From Callorhinchus milii (lineage: Eukaryota), in NCBI RefSeq assembly GCF_018977255.1, contig NW_024704742.1, positions 102,488,001 to 102,548,000 of the forward strand: 60,000 nucleotides of DNA. Direction: 5' to 3'. The notes under the pieces are model-generated. The model did not search any database and was not told the origin of the DNA. It was given only the letters and a program-made list of their open reading frames with translations. The position numbers were made by a program, and so were the translations under genes. Each line of letters starts with the position of its first letter. Positions within the stretch are counted from its first letter, which is position 1. Of this stretch, positions 12,773 to 24,132 are shown piece after piece.

Positions 12773-13754
12773 TATTTTAGATCAAGTACCAGGTAGAAGT
12801 TAGGTCTGGCATTATTTTTGATTTACCAACTAAATCATATCCACATCTGTCAGGATCTTTACTGAGAGTACATAGATTAATTTAGAAAAGCAAACTCCAG
12901 AGGAGAATTAATATACATCCATCAAAACAGTTTGCAGTCTCAGTCACATACAAAGTGTCATCAATTGGTAATGATCAGTACTGAAGAAAAATACCTCTGA
13001 AAGCACAGGATCACACAAAGCATGGCTGTTCATGTCAAGATTACAACTGGAGAATGGTCACCTTCTCCATAAGTTTTTTCATATGTTTGTACAGGTGGTT
13101 AGAACTTGTTTAATGTTTTCTTACTGAAATATGCCATGGGAAATCCTGTAATAGAATCCAAAGAACCATACTGTTATTGCATGGTTGGGGTTTAAAGCCA
13201 TATATGAGGCTACAGACCAAGTAGAATAACACAAATAAGAGTTCATGCTGAATCAGCACTAATGTGGACTACCAACACAAAGCCCAATAGAGAACTCAAT
13301 TTCATTGTGGGGTCTATGCTTATGTGCCAATATGCATTGATCTCCACTGCACAGCAGTTAGTTGGCTCCATATTCACCTGAAAATACATACCCACTTTAC
13401 AGTAAATACTGTGAAGTTTTCAGATGTTTTGATGACTTGATAAGATGCTATATCAAATACAAAGTATACCATTATTAAAAAATTACCACAAAGAGGTCTG
13501 GAGATCTCAAGACAAAGTTAGTTTCATCATCTATGTAACAAACTCTGAAATTTTTTAAGATAAAAAAAGATTTAATTGTATACCTTGGAACCAACTATTG
13601 TTTTCATAAAGAATCATATTTCACCATAAGCAGTGAAAACTGTGGGATGTGCTAATTATTCCAGGGATAATTAGCACATCGCATAACGTATTTTGCATTC
13701 CATACTAACAAAAAGTGTGAACAATAATTCTCCATCTCTCTGAGTAGTCTTTTC

Positions 13755-14133
13755 CACTTCTACAATCTCCCTCTCTTTCCTGAAAGCTCATTTTATTAGG
13801 CTATGGTTTCAGGGATCTTGGCCTCCGTCCAGTACCTCATCCATTCATCGTGTGTGTTCATCAATATATCATGACCAAACTCATTTTTATCCTCACCCAA
13901 CATCCACACAAAGTATATTTTTATGGCAGCGATCACTGGACAACAGTGAGAAATGGGATTCCTGGCTAAAACATTCCTTCCTCTTTATACCAAGGATACT
14001 GAGGCTGCTCATAGCACATAGACTACCACCACGGCTGAGAATGCGTACTTAAGACTAAGGATTGAACCTGGATAGTCTTACTCTGAATGGTTCAGTATTA
14101 CACTGTGCAGTACATTTTATCCACTGACCCATC
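13755..14133 (-). mobile_element. Ancient tRNA-derived SINE ('family B'), near full length
   Basis: Reverse complement head GATGGGTCAGTGGATAAAA..CCAGGTTCAATCC. Body motifs (CAGTGA.C.CTGC, GTGTGGATGTTGGGTGAGGA, GAGGTACTGGA) are shared with the copies at 27418, 50650, 53600 and 55885. Confidence 0.7.
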
Positions 14134-14202
14134 AGAATATAGTCATTAAGTGTTCTTTGAACTTGTTAGCAAGGTTTGACAATTGTGGATGTCTACCTAG
14201 TA

Positions 14203-14435
14203 ACACAGAAACATAGAAACAGGAGTAGGCCGTTCAGTCCCTGGAGTCTGTTCCGCTATTCTATAAGATCATGGCTGATCTGCACCTCAAGTCCAATTGC
14301 CCGCCCTTGCCCCATATCCCTTAATAACCTAACAAATGGCTATCCACCTCAGTCTTGAAGATGTGAATGGATCCAGCATCCACAGCCTTTTGGGGGAGAG
14401 AATTCCAGATTTCTACTACCCTAGTGACTGAAAGG
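14203..14435 (-). mobile_element. CR1 LINE 3' end (shark HER1-like)
   Basis: CATAGAAACAGGAGTAGGCCGTTCAG..AGATCATGGCTGATCTG..GCATCCACAGCC..GGGAGAGAATTCCAGATT. Confidence 0.88.
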
Positions 14436-14627
14436 AAACTACTGAATTTATAAGGAACCTGCAGTAAAACTTTGTTGCATATGACCTTTCAGGGCGTTCA
14501 CTTACACAACATTTTGCATAGCTCATTGATTCTATATCTTTTATACATTTTTGGTAAAGAATTTCAAAATGTATGAGACTACTAATCGCCCACAAAACAC
14601 AGTCTTTAGAGCACATTTCAGTATATT

Positions 14628-14690
14628 CTGTGTAGCACTTTTGGACGTCCTTCCAGCGTGAAAGACGCTATAACAATTGTTATTATTAAC
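14628..14690 (+). mobile_element. L2 tail only
   Basis: AGCACTTTTGGACGTCCTTCCAGCGTGAAAGACGCTATA. Confidence 0.7.
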
Positions 14691-15176
14691 AATTTTATAA
14701 ATTCAAAAGCACTCAATGATAGGATACAGCCTTTTGTAAGGAGAAAAGAAAACCTTCAAGATTCAAAATCTTGGGGAAATGAAGCCAGGAACAGCAATGA
14801 AGGCGGAATAAGAAAAATATTGTAAAGATGTAAGTGGCTCATTATGTAAATATGGACATTCTCAACCTTTTGCCAAATAATATAGTAAAATTCTAATCTA
14901 GTTAAAAAGCCTAGTTTGAATTTCAACAAAGAAGATGGAATGTTTTTTAAAAAGCAGTAGCACATACGAAGCTTATTTAGTTCCATTTAATTAAACAAAG
15001 CCTTTTTATTATTGAAATGGTTATGAAGGATTTCAGCACTGAACAGACAGAGCACAGTTTGTTAATCGCTATTAGTGCTGACACCAGTGGTGCTCATGGT
15101 ACACTCTGCCTCAGAATACTGGCCATTTGTTCCACAACGTGAGGCAGTATTGAACACCAGCAGATAATCACATAGT

Positions 15177-15367
15177 TATAATAATCTTTACATTTGCGCC
15201 TTTGAGGTCATGAGAATGTCTCAAAGCCCTTCATAGGATATATGTAAAATCTAGTTACAGTGTATTCTGTAGGCGAACTCGGTAGATGATTTGCACACCG
15301 CAGTGCCCACAAACAGCTATGAAACAAATGACCAGTTTTATCTGGGGGATTGTTGGCCAGGACACTT
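15177..15367 (-). mobile_element. Older Deu-SINE 3' half
   Basis: CCCACAAACAGCTATGAAACAAATGACCAG..GATTGTTGGCCAGGACAC is the reverse complement of the Deu-domain end. Confidence 0.75.
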
Positions 15368-15954
15368 GATCATTTCATAAGCATCTGCCACATCAACATA
15401 ATGCCACCATCATTTTCATTTGGAAATGGGTAGAGTGATAGAGAATAAAGTCTGATGGAAACTAAAGTGAGCATTTTAAACTCTGATCCTCCCTCCTCAC
15501 TTAAGAATTGTAATTTAAAAGAATGACGAATGGCACCAGTGATATTCAGTGAACCACTTTCCAATTCAGCGTCAGGCTTCTTATAATCTCCTTTCTATAT
15601 AGCTGCTTAAATCGTTACAAACTGGTACCATAAGGGCGTGACTGATTTGTAAAATCTTGAATTGGGGCCTTAAGGATTTGAAATTTCTTGGCCTAAAAAT
15701 GATTCTAAAACTCAAAAATTAAAGTTGTAAAGCTGCTCTAGTCACTAAGATGCAAAAAGCAAAAAACACTGAACTCTAGCATGGCGCCAATTCATTTCTA
15801 AAACAGAAGCCGGGGCAGGTATGATGTTCAACTCCGGAGCAGTCAATAAATATGAGACAAAAATGACCACAAATTCTGTCCAGTAATATTTGTTAAATCA
15901 CATCCTGCTCTCACACATGCTTTCTCTCTGTTCTGCCTTCTCTCTATCCACTTA

Positions 15955-16305
15955 CAAATTCAAGCCCCATTGCAAGACTTTGAACTCACAAACTAGGCTG
16001 ACATTCCAATGCAGTCCTGGGGGAATCACTTTATTGTCAGAGGTGCCATCCTTTGCATAAGACATTAAACCCCATCTGCTGTTCAGACGGATATTAAAGA
16101 TTTTGTAATATATGTAAAGAGAAGGGAGTTTCTCCCAGTGTCCTGATCTGGGATGCTACCATGTGTGAAGGGCGCTAAGTTGTTGTGTTGATCAACACAT
16201 ACAAATTGGCTGCCACACTTATTTACAAATAATCAATCACTACTCTTTACAGTAAAATCCTGTGAATTGCTTACAGACATTTTGATGGCACAACAAGGTG
16301 CTATA
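15955..16305 (+). mobile_element. Older Deu-SINE with a small L2-tail insert near 16148-16190
   Basis: TTCAAGCCCC..CTAGGCTGACATTCCAATGCAG..GTCAGAGGTGCCATCCTTT..GACATTAAAC..TTAAAGAT..GAAGGGAGTTTCTCCCAGTGTCCTG. Confidence 0.78.
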
Positions 16306-16324
16306 TGGGGGAAATCATCTGTAA

Positions 16325-16725
16325 GGAATCCTGTAGCTCAGTGGTTAGAGCACTCATCTCACAATCGAGAGACCTAGGTTTGATTCCCAGCCAGGGTGAA
16401 TGTTAGGCAAGTTTCCTTACTCCATACGCGTCTATTTACCTAGCAGTAAGTAGGAACCTGGTTGTTAGTTGATTGACGGATCAGTTTTCCAGGGGTAATA
16501 ATTCCTTCAAAAAAATACTAATTTGGTCACTTCAATCCACGACTGTTTGTGGGACATAGCTGTGTGCAATTGACTGCCGTGTTTCGCCCACAAAATATAC
16601 AGTCACTACACTTTACAGTGTATCCTATGAAGCGCTTTAGATGTCTCAAGGACGTGGTAAGATGCTATATCAAATGCGAGGATTATTATTATTATTATAT
16701 CAAGTGCAAGGATAATTATTATTAT
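16325..16725 (+). mobile_element. Young SINE, long subfamily, with duplicated terminal motif
   Basis: tRNA head, the ~60-bp segment CTATTTACCTAGCAGTAAGTAGGAACCTGGTTGTTAG.., and a tail in which the motif TATATCAA.TGC.AGGAT is repeated twice. Confidence 0.92.
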
Positions 16726-17374
16726 CCTGTTACCTATCTATTAACCAAAAGTTAAAATTATGCAGTGTCACATAAAATTATTTCCCTGTGGCTCCTGCTA
16801 AATAAAATTTGCAGCAGACAGCTTCTAGTTAGTGCTGTTTTGTGGCTTCATAAAGAAAAGAATTGCTCACAACATGAAATCATTCTCTCTTTAACATGGA
16901 TGACATTCCAGCTAGATTTTTAAATTCTGAAATCTATAGCTTTTTTAAAATGTTATTTTGCCTTGATTTTTAAAAGTTTGTTTTTAAATCAAATTTACTC
17001 CTTTCCCCCTCCCCCCTTCAAGTTCCACTGTACAGCACAGTGTTCCCCCTTTTGAATGGTGGATGTGCTCTCTGCTCCCAGGCCTCAGGCATTCCTGCTG
17101 TTGAGTCAACCACTGGGAGGGAAAAAAAACATACAGCCTCCGCTTAGCAGTGCCACTTACAGGGAGTAGTAAAGCTCAAATACTGTAGCTGTAGGACAGA
17201 GGTGGCCAAAGACACAGTCAAAGAGACAGATTTTTAGATGGTTATTGAAAGCTAAAATAGAGGAGGCAAGTTGGTGGGAATTGAGAAGATAGTTCCAAAG
17301 TGGTTGAATGCTCGCCCACATGAAGCGGCAATACAACAGTGTCGCTTGTTCTTTTCATTATCATCCTTGGGAGG

Positions 17375-17740
17375 TGTTAAGTGGGAACATCTTGGGACTG
17401 AGTTGGCTCCTGAGCCAGGTGGGTCCACAGTCCTCCAAGGTATTGCTGATGGCAGACCAGGGTGTGGGAAGCTGCCCAATGGCAAGCTATGTGGTTTTAG
17501 CTGGTGAAACTCCAGCAGTTCCCCAATGTACACTCTGCGATCTCCAAGCCTTGGGTCTCACCAACCTGCACCAAATACACTCTAGAATTAGGTAAGCAGG
17601 ATGTGTCTTTCCAGGGAGAGAGTGTGCATTCCATTCCAGACATGGGGAAATTTTGAAAGGTAGATGTTTTGGAACTCTTAGTCTGGTTTGGATATCCATA
17701 AACATTGTGATGGGTTTCCACATGTGTCAGACATCCAGCT
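17375..17740 (+). repeat. Unclassified dispersed repeat ('family X'), internally deleted copy
   Basis: Shares CCTGAGCCAGGTGGGTCC.CAGT, CCCAATG.CAAGCTATGT.GTTTTAG.TGGT and AGGTAAGCAGGATG with 54130-55105. Shares GGTTTGGATA..GTGATGGGTTTC..GTGTCAG with about 9880-9930. Confidence 0.75.
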
Positions 17741-18024
17741 GACCAAAAATAAATAGCACTGAAAAAAGTATTTTGGGATGTAAACCGTGTCTCCTCCAGT
17801 ACATCACACTGAGTCATTAGAAATTGCCTCTTATATAGAAATGTTTGTTCAGCTATTATATATTATAGGGTCATTTTTTTAAAATTATGGGCATTCAGAA
17901 TAAGCTCTAATAACATTATTCATTTGTTTGCACTCCCTCTGATTTTCTTTCCTCCTCCCTTACAGCAGCTGTTTGGTGTTTGGCTGCTGCTCTACTAGTC
18001 TCTCTGAGTCCTGCTTTCCTACAT

Positions 18025-18285
18025 CAAGTTGTTTTTTAAATGAGTCCTCTAAGATCTATCCTGGCCACTTGGTTCCAGTCATTGATTACTCTCTGCGTAA
18101 AGAAAAACTTCCTGGTATCTGTCCTGAAGTTACCCTTTACTACTCTAAATCTCTTGTTCTACTATTCATGGTGCATCCGAAAGTGCTGATCTGAATTTAC
18201 TTTTTCAATCCCATTTATAATGTTGTACACTTCTATAAGATCTCTTCTGAGTCATCTTCTCACAAGACTGCAGAGCCCTGGCTTG
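18025..18285 (-). mobile_element. CR1 ORF2 C-terminal fragment
   Basis: Reverse complement TTTTTCTTTACGCAGAGAGTAATCAATGACTGGAAC encodes FFFTQRVINDWN; upstream reads LIEVYNIING. Confidence 0.8.
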
Positions 18286-18651
18286 TATCCACAGGTTCTC
18301 CGAACCCGGAGGAGAGGGCTTCATAACCCCCTCAGGAAGGACACTGCATAGCAATCCAAAGAAGAAACCCTCATTTCTTTAATCCTCCTCTCCACCATCC
18401 TATACCCCAGGTTGCTGAGACAAACTATAGGGTTCCTACGGTTATCCTGGCTGAGGTGGAAATCAAACCTTCTGATGATCTTCTGGGGCTATCTAGTTGT
18501 TCCATGTCAGGCAATGGTTTTACTAACTGAGACATAGGAGGAGCCCTGTGATACTTTTACTAAGTTTGCTGGTTACCATGAGTTACGTCCTATGCCAGAT
18601 GCGGATGGTTGAAAACTGCTAAATCGCAGTACAGTGGAGGATATATAAACA

Positions 18652-18972
18652 ATAATAATCCTTGTATTTAATATATCACATCATTGAGACATCTCAAAGC
18701 ACTTCACAGAATATACTGTGAAGTGAGTTAATTGTATATTTTGTGGGCCAATTGCACACAGCAGTGTTCCACACAATCGTGGATCGAGTGACCAAATTAT
18801 TTATATCTTTATTTATTTTTAAGGGATTATTACCCTCGGAAAGCAATCCACCAATCAACTAACAACTGAGTTCCTATTTGCTGCTAGGTAAATAGAGACG
18901 TGTGGAATAAAGAAACTTGCCCAAGGTTTTGCCCTGCCTGGAAATTGAACCTGGGTTCTCTCGCTTGCGAAA
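18652..18972 (-). mobile_element. Young SINE, long subfamily, head partly lost
   Basis: Contains the reverse complement of the long insert (GTTCCTATTTGCTGCTAGGTAAATAGAG) and B box TTGAACCTGGG. Confidence 0.9.
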
Positions 18973-20225
18973 GTAAGTGAAAACAGGATTCTTTCTGTTT
19001 GAGAAGACTGAAGCTTTTTATCTTGATTGATAAAGCCATGTGCTCACAGTTTCTTTGTTCTACCCATGCCTTCTTTATAGCATTTGGCTGAAATAGTTTG
19101 CAATCCTGGATTATTTTCATTGGGCAAGGGTCTCTGTGGTGCGAGTCATCTTTCCTGCCTCTGCTTTATGAAGAAATCTTGCCGATGGATGTTTTGATGA
19201 TACTGAATCAAGCCACATTTGACTGTAGGGTAAAGAAAACCATAGCTGAGTCCAGACATGTGCCAGCTTTGGCTCCAAAATGAATTGCTTTGCCACTCTG
19301 AAGGTAATCGCTTCAATTGCTTGGCTCTAAAGTATTTCACTTGGGCGGCCTTATGATTACTGTAGAGGATTTGTATGCTGTCCCAGTACACTGTGTGATT
19401 GCTTATTTACACTTCCAGTCACAGTTCTCCTGTCACTTGTTTGACTCATGAGGAGGAGGAGGGGGAGGAGGAGGAGGAGGAGGGGATCAGGGTGAATGGA
19501 ATGAGATTGCCAGGCGTGCCGAGCTCCAAATGTGTTGAAAAGATCAGTTTTAACTGCATTTTAACTCTTTGCGACAGATTCAGCAGCAAGCCTTTGTTTG
19601 GTTTCCAAAACCAATCACAATTTCAGCTGGAGCCAATTGTGGCTCCACCTCAAAGTATCCTAAGAAGATGATTCTGGTTTAGAGCTGCATCAAAGGAAGT
19701 TCTGGCTCGGAAAAGTCCTGGATGAAATAATGCCAATCTTTCCCCTTTAATCCTGGTGCCCGAATAGCTCTTGATCTCTGTATTTTGCTAACATTCCTCA
19801 AACTCATCACGGCATCTTTCACAGATTAGTTTATTACAAAATTATGTTTCTCATTTTCACAGCAATGCACACCTTGCCACTGCAATAAGAAACATGCAGT
19901 TCTATATTTAGCGTCTCCATTTCCTACTTACTGCACTGATCGTGCAAGTATTTTAAAGACTGTTTTTGTCACAAGCTACATTGTCACAGTGGTTAGCCAG
20001 GTACATAGGTGGAAAAGGCAGCAGGAAAACATGAAAAATGATCCAGGGGAAAATAATAATCAAAATGAATGAAAAAAGCAAATGTTGTTTTTCCCCCAAC
20101 AGAAACGTTTATTTACCTCTAATTTGTCTTGAGGGTGTTGACCCATGCTGAGTCACCAGGCAGCGACCACTGATGAGTAACTTGCCTAACTGGTAGTTCT
20201 TCACTACGAATGGGTTACAAACTAT

Positions 20226-20410
20226 ATAATAATAATCCTTGCATTTGATATAGTACCTTATCATGTCGTTGAGACATCTCAAAGGGCTTCACAGGATGTA
20301 CTGTAAAGTGAATTTACTGTGTATTTTGAGAGCTAAACGCAGCAGCCAATTGTGCACAGCAGTGTCCCACAAACAGTCTGAGTGATAAAAATTTTTTTGA
20401 AGGGATTATA
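20226..20410 (-). mobile_element. Young SINE 3' half
   Basis: (TAA)n-TCCTTGCATTTGATATAG..GCAGCCAATTGTGCACAGCAGTGTCCCACAAACAGTC. Confidence 0.9.
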
Positions 20411-20513
20411 ACCAATATACTGCAGGACTTCATTTGAATGTCAGATTCTCTCTCTCTCGCTCTTTCTCTTCTGCTCTGCTGATTGATGTAGCTTAAACTG
20501 TCCAGAATAGTAA

Positions 20514-20600
20514 AACAACAACAACAACAACTTGGATTTATATAGCGCCCTCCATGCCAGACTGCATCTCAGAGCGCTTTACAGTAACGGATCCCGGGAC
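20514..20600 (-). mobile_element. L2 tail, same subfamily as 5710
   Basis: (CAA)n-CTTGGATTTATATAGCGCCCTCC..ACAGTAACGGATCCC. Confidence 0.85.
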
Positions 20601-20602
20601 CG

Positions 20603-20897
20603 GAGAAACCAGAGGACACGGCCTGCGATTGAAGAGGGGTAAATTCAGAACGAATCAAAACAAACACTACTTCAGTGAGCAAATAATGAACCTGTGGAAC
20701 AGGCTCCCTAGGGAGCCCATTGAAGCAGGAAGTGTTGCTTCTTTCAAACACTGATTAGATAGTTTTCTTTTAGGAAATAACATTATGGGATATAGTACAT
20801 AGGTAGTTTGGGACATTTGTGCATGAGAACGCCTGGAAGGTGGAAGGCGAACTGGACGGACCTTGGTCTTTCTTCGTCTAGCATTTCTTCTGTTCTT
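20603..20897 (+). mobile_element. CR1 LINE 3' end with a well-preserved ORF2 C-terminus
   Basis: Peptide TRGHGLRLKRGKFRTNQNKHYFSEQIMNLWNRLP..IEAGSVASFK, then 3'UTR GAACTGGACGGACCTTGGTCTTTCTTC. Confidence 0.92.
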
Positions 20898-21063
20898 ATA
20901 TATGTAACTGAACAACTCAGTGACATGACCTGTATTCAGAGACATACAGGTCATGTCATGAGACAGCAACTCTGAGATAGCGAGGCGAGAAGATTTCAGT
21001 TCACATTTCAGATGCAGTCGTCTTTGCCCCCTCCTCCACACCCCCTTTACTGCTAGGTCATCT

Positions 21064-21138
<75 letters not shown>

Positions 21139-21165
21139 CCTTGCATTTGATATAGCGCTTTTCTT
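21064..21165 (-). repeat. (TAA)~24 microsatellite, the expanded tail of a SINE remnant
   Basis: The TAA run leads directly into TCCTTGCATTTGATATAGCGCTTTTC, the SINE terminus. Confidence 0.95.
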
Positions 21166-21204
21166 GGCAGCCAACTGTGCTCTGATCAGTGTGATCAGGA
21201 TTGT

Positions 21205-21452
21205 TTGCAAAAGTATCAAGGGAGAAATTAGAAACTTCACTCAGAGGATTGAGAGTGTAGTATTCATGAGCACAAGTTGCTGTTGAGTCTGGCTCAATGG
21301 AATCATTCAAAAATGAGCTGGATAAGCACATGTAAATATGGGGAAAGGACTAGGAAGTTAAATTAATAAAAAAACACAGCAAATTTAAAAAAACATAAAG
21401 CAGTAGCATAGACATGATAGTCCGAGTGGCTGAGAATATCCACATTTCTATA
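21205..21452 (+). mobile_element. Old CR1 3' end
   Basis: AAACTTCACTCAGAGGATTG..CATTCAAAAATGAGCTGGATAAGCACATG..GCATAGACATGATAG. Confidence 0.7.
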
Positions 21453-22426
21453 AACGTGTAGAACCAGCAGCACTGCAAAGTCCAACAATAAAGCAGCTCC
21501 ATTACACTCACACAACGCATTGGCATATTTCATTTAACTGGCCGCAGTTCTCGTGGGGTTCATGAATCAGGCCTGATTAATAGAAAGATAAATCAAGTTA
21601 ATTATCTTCAAGAAATAGGAAGAGAGATAGAAAAGGTTGGACCATATCTTCAAAATGCCTTCAAGCCATTGTCGACTTAAACCCAACAGACAGTAGTGCC
21701 TCATGTGAGTCATTCTTCTGGATGCACTTCACCAAGTTATTCAGACTCTGGTCCTGAAATGTAATCAAAATCCAGGCATTACAAGGAAAGAGCTTCAATT
21801 TAAAGGTCAAACTAATATCATTCTTTGAATATAGATTAATGCTTACCGCGCAGTTATGCGGAGGGTGGGGGGGCAATTCATTTTCATTAAATTGTACAAG
21901 CAGTTATCTCCCTGCTACATCGAAATCTGGTTAGTGCAGTTATCATTCAAACACTGCAGAACTTACAATAACACGTACCATAGTAAAATTCAAATATAAT
22001 AGAATGGTGAAAAGATACAGTTGAAAACGGAAAAATTACAGCTAAAAATACCTTTGACTTAGTGTATTAATGTGGAGCAAAATTACTTGCCCAAAATTGA
22101 AAGAAATTCTATCACGTTCAGAACAATGCCACTTCCCATTTTTCTAGTCAAATAATTTATATTACCACAGACATTTTGCTTTTCTTAAGTATTATCAAAA
22201 TCAGTAAAATTGCATATTATTTTTTATTTGGCAAACCATTGAACAATTTACAAAATATTTATGATTAAATGACAAAGGCTTTAACTTTTGTTGTAGGCTT
22301 TTTCGAATGGATTATTTAGTTTAGATTTTGAGATACAGTAATGGAATTCAAGTTTCTAATGATTGTTGGGGCAGTCAGTCCAGTAAATAGTTTTAATGGC
22401 AACTGAAAAACTCTGAGAAGATTATT

Positions 22427-22760
22427 AGTCCTGTAGCTCAGCGGTTAGAGCACTCGCCTCACAAGCGAGTGACCTGGGTTCGATTCTTGCCAGGGCGAAA
22501 CCTTGGGAAAGTTTCCTTACTCCACACGCCTGATAATAATCCCTCAAGAAAAAAAANCAAGAATAATTTGGTCACTTCAATCCACGACTGTTTGTAGGAC
22601 ACTGCTGTGCGCAATTGGCTGCCATGTTTCACCCCCAAATATGCAGTCAATTCACTTTACAGTATATCCTGTGAAGCGTTTTGAGAACATCTAGAAGACA
22701 TGAAAAGTGCTTCATAGAAAGTAAAGTAAAGTGAATTGACTGTATACTTTGTGGGCAAAA
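22427..22760 (+). mobile_element. Young SINE, short subfamily, fused at its tail stem to an inverted SINE fragment (22704-22760)
   Basis: AGTCCTGTAGCTCAGCGGTTAGAGCACTCGCCTCACAAGCGAG..GGTTCGATTC. The normal terminus is replaced by minus-strand SINE sequence after AAAAGTGCT. Confidence 0.92.
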
Positions 22761-23042
22761 ATAAATAATTGTTTGAACACAAAACGTTGCTGGATGCACC
22801 GATGACACTTATGGGGAATGCCCCTGTGATTCTCAAAGCGGCGACAGAGGTCCAAGCACTTCCCATCCTGTTTCCAGGATTTTATGCTCCAACAACAACA
22901 ACTTGCACTTATATAGCGCCCTTCGTGCAGGGTAGAGTTTCAGAGCACTTTGAGACATCTCAATAACGTGATAACGTGCTTTTATCAAATATTTGTATAA
23001 AATGGGCAGTACTTGAAGCAACATGCATCCTCTCAGACTTTG

Positions 23043-23250
23043 TAATAATAATCCTTGCATTTGATATAGTGCCTTATCACAGCTTCAAGACGTCTCAAAG
23101 CACTTCACAGAATATACTGTAAAGTGACTTGACTGTATATTTTGTGGGCAAAACGTGGCAGCCAATTAATTGCGCACAGCAGTGTCCCACAAACAGTCAT
23201 GGATTGAGTGACCAAATTATTATCATTATTTTTTGAGGGATTATTATTAT
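23043..23250 (-). mobile_element. Young SINE 3' half
   Basis: TAATAATAATCCTTGCATTTGATATAG..GAGGGATTATTATT. Confidence 0.92.
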
Positions 23251-23564
23251 TTACTTCCCCTTTAAGTGCCCAGTGGAAGCCATCATGTTGGAAACAATGT
23301 TAATGTGTTTGAAGCTTGCCATTACCCTAAACCTGATGAACATGAATTTCGAATGAAGAGTTACAAGAGCCCATGTATAATGTTTACAGAGCTGTACTGC
23401 AGGAGCTGGCTTGTTGATAAAGGCATGTAAACCGAGCTTTGGCCTCATTTTCCATGCGACAATACAGTGATAGCTGAGCTGCTCTTCTGTGATGAGCAAA
23501 GGATTATTGTTCAATAGGTACTGAAGCAACTCTAAACCATTTGGACCTGGGGAAGGGTGAGAGA

Positions 23565-23650
23565 ATTACATAGAATTACATGGAATATTCAGCACAGAAA
23601 CAGGCCATTAGGCCCAACTGGTCTATGCCGGCATTTATGCTCAACATGAG
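23565..23650 (-). mobile_element. CR1 3' tail
   Basis: GAATTACATAGAATTACAT..CAGCACAGAAACAGGCCATTAGGCCCAAC. Confidence 0.8.
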
Positions 23651-24021
23651 AATAGATTAGGCCACTTAACAAAAATTGTTCTGTTACTTTTGGTTGAAGT
23701 GTAGGCTGGAATAATGAGACAATTATTGACTTTGAATGACTTCCCCAATAAAAAATGGGCATTGGCTGTTTTGGTACATTTCTCAGCAAACTGATAGACA
23801 TACACACACACACACAGAGCTGCTCTCAGCGTGCCCCTCATTTGTCCCAACACTTTCAGAAAAGCAATAAAGGTTGAATCTTTGGGTATGTTGTGAGGGA
23901 AGTGGAGGTCACTTGTGACCTGCTGGCACAAAGCAATTATACAACCACATTTGTGTGTAAATTCACAAGATCACAAGATAAAATTGGATAAACAAGGCCC
24001 TATGGCCCACTTATTGTTTTA

Positions 24022-24132
24022 TTTTGCCCACAAAATATACAGTCAATTCACTTTACAGTATATTCTTTGAAGTGCTTTGAGACGTTTTGAAGAAGTGATA
24101 AGACTCTGTATCAAATGAAAGGATTATTATTA
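24022..24132 (+). mobile_element. Young SINE 3' fragment
   Basis: GCCCACAAAATATACAGTCAATTCACTTTACAG..GGATTATTATT. Confidence 0.88.

Noticed and set aside
15032..15056. REST/RE1 site (TTCAGCACTGAACAGACAGAGC)
   Set aside because: The half-site spacing and the right half deviate from the RE1 consensus.
21053..21331. Poly-Tyr and poly-Ile ORFs
   Set aside because: These are translations of the (TAA)n SINE-tail microsatellite.
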